Source: Armatimonadota bacterium (GTDB lineage: Bacteria > Armatimonadota > UBA5829 > DTLH01). From it: 64,000 nt of DNA. The translations under genes were made by a program, and so were the position numbers. This document shows positions 57,940-64,000 of this stretch, one piece after another. The notes beneath the pieces were generated by a model. It saw nothing but the letters and a program-made list of their open reading frames with translations, did not search any database and was not told where the DNA came from. The stretch spans positions 957 to 64,956 of the forward strand of contig JBDKUN010000031.1 of NCBI GenBank assembly GCA_039679675.1, in the 5' to 3' direction. Position 1 is the first letter of the stretch, and each line of letters begins with the position of its first letter.

Positions 57940-58755
57940 ATGATGGATATCGAACGAATAGACAGCCAGAAGCATCAGGTCATTCAGATGCTCCGTGATC
58001 TGCAGACCGAGAAGGTAAGAACTGAGACCGGGGCGTTCCACATAGAAGGCACCATGCTCGTGAGCCGCGCTCTCGATTACGGCCCAGGCATTCGGTGTAT
58101 CATATTCACAGACAAATTTCTGGCTTCCACCGAATCCGAGAGCATCCAAGCAGCAGCCGAACAAGCTGGAATAAGCGCCTACTCAGTAACTGAAGGGCTT
58201 ATGAGTAAAATCGTGCCGGCCAAGCCCGCTTCGGGTGTCGTCGCGGTGGTCGAACGGCGTTTGCACAAGCCTTCCGAACTGCTGGACGGCGAAAACCCGC
58301 TTTTGATGCTCATAGACAGGTGCGAAAACCCGGACAACCTGGGGATGCTCCTCAGATCTCTCGATGCAGCCGGGGTAGACGGTGTTGCCATCACGTCGGA
58401 CAGCGTCGATCCGTTCTCCCGGCTGTGTGTAAGGGCTTCACGCGGCTCCGTCCTCAGCCTGAGGCTCGCAATAGTCTCCGAACCCGAAAACTGGCTGGCG
58501 CAGGCACAGGAGAAGGGGTTCAGAGTAGTCGCTTCGTCCGCTCATGCCGCAAAAAACATCTGGACTACCGATTTCGCAGGCTCCCGTATATTGATCGTAG
58601 GGAACGAGCACACCGGCGTCCGGCAGTCGATCCGCGATATAGCCGACTGGTTTATCAAAATACCGATGGCCGGGAAAATGGAGTCGCTCAACATCGCCGT
58701 ATCCTCCGCGATTATGGCTTACGAAGCTGCAAGGCAGAGAAATACTGAGTTTTAG
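57940..58755 (+). CDS. TrmH/SpoU-family RNA 2'-O-methyltransferase (RlmB-like)
   Basis: 'ENPDNLGMLLRSLDAAGVDGVAIT' and 'ESLNIAVSSAIMAYE' SPOUT motifs. Confidence 0.75.
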   Translation: MMDIERIDSQKHQVIQMLRDLQTEKVRTETGAFHIEGTMLVSRALDYGPGIRCIIFTDKFLASTESESIQAAAEQAGISAYSVTEGLMSKIVPAKPASGVVAVVERRLHKPSELLDGENPLLMLIDRCENPDNLGMLLRSLDAAGVDGVAITSDSVDPFSRLCVRASRGSVLSLRLAIVSEPENWLAQAQEKGFRVVASSAHAAKNIWTTDFAGSRILIVGNEHTGVRQSIRDIADWFIKIPMAGKMESLNIAVSSAIMAYEAARQRNTEF

Positions 58756-58975
58756 GTGTTGCCTGAGACTCTCCCGGAAGATTATCAGATGCCGTTTCAA
58801 TCCCTACACCTGGATTCGTCTGGTTGTTTGCCGATAGTCTCAGCCATATAAAGAAAGCCCTGAATGGCGTCCAGATAATTCTTGTTAATTCTTGATTGTG
58901 ATAATTCTTGATTGATGCTTGGCTAATATGGTAATTTAGTTCATATGTCGTGCTAGCTCAGGGAGGATTAATAAC

Positions 58976-59347
58976 ATGTCTTGTATACCTGGAACTCCTC
59001 AAACACTCAGTGCAGATGAACGGCTTTGGGGTATGCTTTGCCACCTGGCAGCATTTGCAGGGTTTTTCGTGCCGTGGATTGGGTTCATTCTTGGGCCGCT
59101 CATTGTGTGGCTTATAAAGAAAGATCAGTATCCGTTCGTCAATGACCAGGGCAAGGAATCGCTCAACTTTCAGATAAGTATACTTATATATTCAGCTATT
59201 GCAGCCGCGCTCATCGTTGTGGTGATAGGAGTTGCTTTACTTCTTGCCCTGACGGTAATGGAAATTGTGCTGATAATACTGGCATCCGTTGCGGCGAATG
59301 AAGGAAGGCGTTACAGGTATCCGCTGACTATTAGATTTGTTAAGTAA
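58976..59347 (+). CDS. DUF4870-family small membrane protein
   Basis: 'ERLWGMLCHLAAFAGFFVPWIGFILGPLIVWLIKKD' is typical of DUF4870. GGGAGG RBS. Confidence 0.5.
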   Translation: MSCIPGTPQTLSADERLWGMLCHLAAFAGFFVPWIGFILGPLIVWLIKKDQYPFVNDQGKESLNFQISILIYSAIAAALIVVVIGVALLLALTVMEIVLIILASVAANEGRRYRYPLTIRFVK

Positions 59348-59350
59348 GCC

Positions 59351-60625
59351 CTAAAATTTCTCTTCCATATCCTTATACCGTTTTGCTTCTTTTGAGCGTA
59401 GAAAAACAGCTACTTCGTCATAGTGGCCCGCGTGGTTGGCAAATTCGACGTAATTCCTCGCGCTTGCAAGCCATTCGAGAGTCGTCGGCCTCATTTGCGC
59501 GAGCACTGCCTCAAGATGCTGCATTCCTACGGGCGGTTCCTGTCCGGTATCGAGCGCTTCGTCTATCACCCGGTCTACAGCCTGCTCGACGAGCGCCCGC
59601 AGATCAGCCCCGCTGAATAGCGGTGTGGACCGTGCAAGCCGTTTCATATCAATAGATGCGGTTGGGACCTGGGCAAACAGTAGTTTCAGAATCCTGCTTC
59701 TGGCGTCTTCATCGGGCGGCGGGACAAATATCGTCCGGTCGAACCGTCCGGGGCGTTTCATCGCGTCATCCACATCCCAGGGTGCGTTTGTGGCTCCAAG
59801 TACGAGCAGGTCTTTGTTCTCAGAGCCGATTCCATCCAGTTCCTGCAGCATCTGATCGACGAGTGGCCTTCCTGCGTTTCCAGCATGCTTTCTGCGGGCG
59901 AATGCTATGGCATCGAGTTCATCCAGAAACAGTACGCACGGAGCGTTTGCCCTGGCCATCTCGAACGCCTCGTGTAAATTGTTCTCGGATGAGCCGATCC
60001 ATGGGCTCAGTACATCTTCGATCCTGATATTCAAAAACGGCAGGTTACACTCACCCGCCATCGCGCGGGCAAGGAGTGTTTTTCCACAGCCGGGAGGCCC
60101 GTAGAGCATAACCGCTCCCCCAGCGCGCCTACCGTACTTTTCGTAAAGCTCCGGTCGCTGGTATGGCAGGATTATCCTTCGGTTGATGATCTTTTTGATG
60201 TCATCCAGCCCGCCGACGTCGGCAAATGTGACCCTGGTGCTTTCTTCGAAAGTATTGCTCATTGTGAACTTCGATGTCTCTTCATTCGGGCCCATCAGAC
60301 TCCGCCCAAGGACACCGAGGCTGGCCAGGTTTTCATTGAGCGCCTGCTCAAGTTCGGCCAGTCCTTCGACCACACCGGCCCGCCTTGCGGCTTCGAGGCA
60401 GCGGGATGCCATTTCCGGTTTATTTATCTTGACCGCGAGCATTCCGGCTGCGACCATCGACTCTTTTGGGAGATTTCCCGACGTAAGCAGAATGTCGTAT
60501 TCTTTAGCTGCCTCGTCGAGTCTGCCTTCCGATTGAAGCGTCTCAGCCAGAAGCAGCCGCAGTGTATGGTTATCAGGGTCGGCCTGAAGCGCCCTGCGAA
60601 GCGCATCTGTTCGGTCTGAACTCAT
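59351..60625 (-). CDS. AAA+ ATPase (classical AAA clade) with N-terminal TPR-like domain
   Basis: Walker A 'LYGPPGCGKTLLARAMAGE', Walker B 'VLFLDELDAI' and SRH 'LGATNAPWDVDDAMKRPGRFDRTIFV'. The ATG at 60625 with a GGAGG RBS is preferred over 60649. Confidence 0.75.
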   Translation of the reverse strand: MSSDRTDALRRALQADPDNHTLRLLLAETLQSEGRLDEAAKEYDILLTSGNLPKESMVAAGMLAVKINKPEMASRCLEAARRAGVVEGLAELEQALNENLASLGVLGRSLMGPNEETSKFTMSNTFEESTRVTFADVGGLDDIKKIINRRIILPYQRPELYEKYGRRAGGAVMLYGPPGCGKTLLARAMAGECNLPFLNIRIEDVLSPWIGSSENNLHEAFEMARANAPCVLFLDELDAIAFARRKHAGNAGRPLVDQMLQELDGIGSENKDLLVLGATNAPWDVDDAMKRPGRFDRTIFVPPPDEDARSRILKLLFAQVPTASIDMKRLARSTPLFSGADLRALVEQAVDRVIDEALDTGQEPPVGMQHLEAVLAQMRPTTLEWLASARNYVEFANHAGHYDEVAVFLRSKEAKRYKDMEEKF

Positions 60626-60736
60626 GGATACCTCCGTTTTTGCCGCCATGTGAGAATTGTTGACACTATTATGCCGTAAACTGCAAGCGCGACTGGCAGC
60701 AGCAGGATAAAAGGTACTATATCTTCCAGCCCTATA

Positions 60737-61495
60737 CTATAGAGTACGAGCGGCGTTACGAATATAAAAAACAATAATACCGATTATTCCGGTGATCCGG
60801 TAAAACGGTCTTATCGGCCACATCAACCAGTGGGCTTTCACACTGCTTTCCCTTGCATACTTTGTCGCAAATATATCATTCGGATCTATGCGAGCTGCAG
60901 TTCGATAATGCGATGCAGCAGTTGTTACTTTTCCCTTGTTCAGATACTGTTTGCCCAGCATTCTATGCCCGTACTGGTTTTCCGGGTCACAGTCCAGAAG
61001 CTTTCGGCCCCATCGAACAACGCCTTTATTGTCGCATCGCATATGAGAAAGCATCACCCGCATTTCCATAGCCCATGAATAGTCTGGCACGATGCGTAAA
61101 GCTTCATCAATCAGTGCATCCGCTTTGTCGAGCTGTCCAGCTTCCGCCGCCATATATGCGTAACGGCAGATGTATTGAGGGCTCCCCGGATCTCCGCTGA
61201 GAAGGGCTAAAATGGCTCTTTCAGCCTCTTCAAGGTTGTGCATCCGGTCCTGGCATAAGCAGTGAAGGTACAATAGCTGCGGGTCTTCCGGATAGTATGA
61301 AAGCCCGGTTATCGCGGCTTCCGCGGCTTTCTTATAGTGCTTGAGCCCATAGAGAGCATGTCCCCGGATTACCCAGTGCTCCGAGTCGTTAAGCAGCATC
61401 TCCGGAAGGTTCTCCAGCGTGTCGAGAGCCTTGCTGTAGTTGTCCATCTCCAGATAATGCCGTGCTAATATAAGAATGTTTCTATCTTCATCCAT
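60737..61495 (-). CDS. TPR-repeat protein with C-terminal membrane anchor
   Basis: 252 aa, paralogous (about 45% identity) to 61996-62859. C-terminal 'WLMWPIRPFYRITGIIGIIVFYI'. Confidence 0.6.
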   Translation of the reverse strand: MDEDRNILILARHYLEMDNYSKALDTLENLPEMLLNDSEHWVIRGHALYGLKHYKKAAEAAITGLSYYPEDPQLLYLHCLCQDRMHNLEEAERAILALLSGDPGSPQYICRYAYMAAEAGQLDKADALIDEALRIVPDYSWAMEMRVMLSHMRCDNKGVVRWGRKLLDCDPENQYGHRMLGKQYLNKGKVTTAASHYRTAARIDPNDIFATKYARESSVKAHWLMWPIRPFYRITGIIGIIVFYIRNAARTL

Positions 61496-61496
61496 C

Positions 61497-62087
61497 TTAT
61501 CCGACCCTGGTAAGTGCAGTCATCATGCCGTAGAGAGCAAGCTCTTGAAGCAGTGCCAATCCAATAACCATTCCTGTCGCTGAGTCAGTTTTTTCGAGTA
61601 TGTCCTTATCATCACGAAATCTGATGCAGTATACTCGAAAATCGGACAACTGCAGCCGATAGATGACATAGTACACGATGACCGCGATCAGGCGGTTCAT
61701 TCCCAATAACGTTCTATAATTATCGCTCAAAGAGTTTTGCGCAGTAGAAAACTCTACTGCCAGTGCTATTACTGCGAATAGACCTAATAGCCCGATTGCC
61801 AGGATCAGCGATTGTTTGTTTCTGGATGTGTTAAGGCGCTTACCATTAATGTATCCGAATACAAGTGTGGGTCGATGATAGCGGCCCGCCAGCGTGAATT
61901 TGACGCCCATGGTTTCTTTCGGTTCAGCGCCGCTTCTCTGGTGTAACCTTGAAGCGTTGGAGAAAACAACGGATTTTTGCTGGTCGGACTCATAATTACC
62001 TCTGCCTATACCACCATCTGAGAATCGGGGGCATGATCCAGCTGTAGAGACAAAAGACAAGATATATTTTACAGACATACCCGGCAA
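61497..62087 (-). CDS. Small polytopic membrane protein (family shared with 62883-63398 and 63434-63982)
   Basis: Shared 'INGKRL..K..L' block followed by 3-4 TM helices. Begins 2 nt after the upstream TPR gene's end. The start is uncertain (the track start overlaps the neighbour by about 90 nt). Confidence 0.45.
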   Translation of the reverse strand: MPGMSVKYILSFVSTAGSCPRFSDGGIGRGNYESDQQKSVVFSNASRLHQRSGAEPKETMGVKFTLAGRYHRPTLVFGYINGKRLNTSRNKQSLILAIGLLGLFAVIALAVEFSTAQNSLSDNYRTLLGMNRLIAVIVYYVIYRLQLSDFRVYCIRFRDDKDILEKTDSATGMVIGLALLQELALYGMMTALTRVG

Positions 62088-62859
62088 TTCGGTATTGGCC
62101 TATAATACATAACACAAAGACAGTCGATATTGCAGCTATCCACGCGTAAGCTGCCCCCAGCTTGTAAAGCGGCCTGAGCGGCCAAAGCAGCCAATGCGAT
62201 GCAATCCGGCTTTGACGAGCTATCCTTGCTGTATCCTGGTCTTTGGGATCATATCTGACTGCAGTTCCAAAATGACGTGCGGCATTGCTCACTTTTCCGG
62301 AGTTGTACTGAGAAAGCCCATACATATAATGCCCAACAGGATTATCTGGATCTTTTGCGAGCATCTCCCGGCTGTGCGATGCTGCCTCCTTATCGTTGCC
62401 TCGAAGCAAACTGAGTGAAGCCCGGGCATGAAGCACCATCGGGTCTTGCGGAGAGATCCTTGCGGCCTCATCCACAAGCCGGTCGGCCTTGTCCATCTGC
62501 CCTGCCTTTGCCACCAGATAAGCATAACGGCACAGAAACGCGGGCTCTTCCGGTGCGAGCCGGAGCGCCGCCAGAATTGCACGCTCGGCCTCAGCCAGGT
62601 TGCCAGTATTGTCCTGACAGTTGCACATCATATATAAAAGCGGAGTGTAGTCCGGCCTTTGTCCAAGCCCGCGCTGAAGCATGTTGATGGCTTCCTCGTA
62701 TCGCGTCAGCTCATACAGCGCTCTGCCGCGAAGATACCAATAATCAGGGTTCTGCATCGGCGCATTTGAGAGTTTATCCAGTGTTTCAAGCGCGCGAGCG
62801 GGTTGTTCGATGTCAATGTATCTGCGGGCAAGTAAAAGCGCTTGATCCGCGTTATCCAC
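61996..62859 (-). CDS. TPR-repeat protein with C-terminal membrane anchor (paralog)
   Basis: GTG start with GGGAGG RBS. 'WLLWPLRPLYKLGAAYAWIAAISTVFVLCII'. Confidence 0.6.
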   Translation of the reverse strand: MDNADQALLLARRYIDIEQPARALETLDKLSNAPMQNPDYWYLRGRALYELTRYEEAINMLQRGLGQRPDYTPLLYMMCNCQDNTGNLAEAERAILAALRLAPEEPAFLCRYAYLVAKAGQMDKADRLVDEAARISPQDPMVLHARASLSLLRGNDKEAASHSREMLAKDPDNPVGHYMYGLSQYNSGKVSNAARHFGTAVRYDPKDQDTARIARQSRIASHWLLWPLRPLYKLGAAYAWIAAISTVFVLCIIGQYRIAGYVCKIYLVFCLYSWIMPPILRWWYRQR

Positions 62860-62882
62860 CGGCTTTTCCTCCCATAATCATG

Positions 62883-63398
62883 TTAGAGAATACCTGTTAT
62901 GAACATAGTGCCATAGATGATAATAAGCTGGGCGGAACCGAGCCCTACCACTGCGGCTATTCCTGTCCCAAGCAAGGACTCGTAGCCGGTCTTACAGCGA
63001 TATTGGTATATTCTATTGGCTTCGTTCATAAATGATGAGCAGATAAGGTATAGAGCTGTGCCTATTATACGGTCTCCCAACCTAATGCTTAACTTGTTTT
63101 CAGTATGGAGTGTAAAATTGCCGTCAATTACCGGGAAAAAGTAGTGCATAATGAATGACGCAACCAAACCGATAAATCCGAGGAGCATAATCAGGTTTTG
63201 TTTGTCTTTTGAAAGGCCGATACGCCGACCGTTGATTAGCGCGATAACCGTATATGCCAGCGCTCCCCCGAAAAATGCTACGTAAAGAAGTGATGTCGGC
63301 TGCCAGGGTTTCCTACCCGCAGGCTGCAGTTGTTGATCACCTAGCGTTGGCGATAACAGATCATCGGGTCTCCCATGAGGCCCACAAAAATTGCTCAT
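62883..63398 (-). CDS. Small polytopic membrane protein (paralog)
   Basis: 'DDLLSPTLG...KPWQPTSLLYVAFFGGALAYTVIALINGRRIGLSKDKQNL'. Confidence 0.5.
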   Translation of the reverse strand: MSNFCGPHGRPDDLLSPTLGDQQLQPAGRKPWQPTSLLYVAFFGGALAYTVIALINGRRIGLSKDKQNLIMLLGFIGLVASFIMHYFFPVIDGNFTLHTENKLSIRLGDRIIGTALYLICSSFMNEANRIYQYRCKTGYESLLGTGIAAVVGLGSAQLIIIYGTMFITGIL

Positions 63399-63433
63399 AT
63401 AACACTCCTTTACGTTGGGATACTGTACTGCAG

Positions 63434-63982
63434 CTATAGATTTTTATGCCGAAAAATACGCGTTATAGATTCAATGGCTTCAAAATTATGTAGTCTCAGA
63501 CATTCGATAATGAGGTAAAGCAACAAACCTTGAACTAGGGCGAATGCTATCGCGATGAGTGCAAGCGGCCCTCTATCAGTCTCAAACTCCGGTTTTCCGT
63601 TGGATTTATAAATATAAATTCTATAGCTGGGATTCTGAATACCTATAGCAATAATTGAATATATCGCGGATACAATTTGAGTGGCGAGTAATAAAGGATT
63701 AAGTCCATTCAATCCTGAACGCTCGAACCTGCTATCGATGTCCAGCGGAATGAAACAACCGATCAAAATAACCACAACAACACCCACCAAACCCAGTTTC
63801 ACAATCCGTTGAAGGTCTTCCTTTTTCATCCCGAGGCGCTTACCGTTGATATATAGAATTACTGTAGAAGCCAGCACACCGCAAAAAACCGCAAAGGGCC
63901 CATATGATTTGATCTCCCACGGTTTTGCGCCCTGTGCTTTTGGCTTTTCGTTGAGTGACGGGGTTAGCAGGTCATCAGACAT
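63434..63982 (-). CDS. Small polytopic membrane protein (paralog)
   Basis: 'MSDDLLTPSLNEKPKAQGAKPWEIKSYGPFAVFCGVLASTVILYINGKRLGMKKEDL'. Confidence 0.5.
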   Translation of the reverse strand: MSDDLLTPSLNEKPKAQGAKPWEIKSYGPFAVFCGVLASTVILYINGKRLGMKKEDLQRIVKLGLVGVVVVILIGCFIPLDIDSRFERSGLNGLNPLLLATQIVSAIYSIIAIGIQNPSYRIYIYKSNGKPEFETDRGPLALIAIAFALVQGLLLYLIIECLRLHNFEAIESITRIFRHKNL

Positions 63983-64000
63983 CTGACCAGTCCTTCGGGA

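Overview
This is a contiguous, gene-dense bacterial chromosomal segment with no transposase, integrase, phage genes or CRISPR array. Several features point to an anaerobic member of the PVC superphylum (Planctomycetes/Verrucomicrobia/Lentisphaerae-like): a DUF1559 'H-X9-DG' protein, four PEP-CTERM proteins, and an Hnd-type electron-bifurcating [FeFe]-hydrogenase. This taxonomic call is an inference from gene content.

Content from start to end:
- a secreted S8 subtilase of 1254 aa, then an NYN-domain protein fused to a cold-shock domain;
- a tandem triplication of about 2.2 kb genes encoding uncharacterised secreted proteins, with a mosaic identity pattern;
- a PP2C phosphatase, then queD-(homocysteine methyltransferase)-metF-queE behind a textbook sigma70-like promoter;
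- a lone HgdB/BcrC-family (2-hydroxyacyl-CoA dehydratase D-component-like) gene precisely bracketed by imperfect inverted repeats of about 260-310 bp, which are built from modular palindromic units also found as single copies elsewhere in the window;
- a CBS-GGDEF (AGDEF) protein and a bactofilin-like repeat membrane protein;
- a cluster of DUF1559, DUF2752 and zinc-ribbon CD225/DUF4190 membrane proteins;
- an approximately 10.5 kb exopolysaccharide locus (flippase, Wzy-like polymerase, two GT2, four GT4, initiating sugar transferase), followed by a 1156-aa secreted multidomain protein with Ig-like/CBM-like repeats;
- an aminotransferase, an Lrp regulator, and duplicated PEP-CTERM genes that share a conserved 5' leader hairpin and near-identical terminators;
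- the hndB-A-C-D-like hydrogenase operon;
- obg-nadD-LCP-rsfS, one tRNA-Ala(GGC), and a TrmH-family methyltransferase;
- at the end of the window, a TPR-AAA ATPase followed by duplicated gene pairs of a TPR protein and a small membrane protein.

Most worth a second look: the inverted-repeat-bracketed gene together with the palindromic repeat family (one copy is flanked by 13-bp direct repeats); the mosaic secreted-protein triplet; and the TPR/membrane/AAA array.

All coordinates come from the supplied ORF track plus hand counting, so features located by hand may be off by 1-2 nt.
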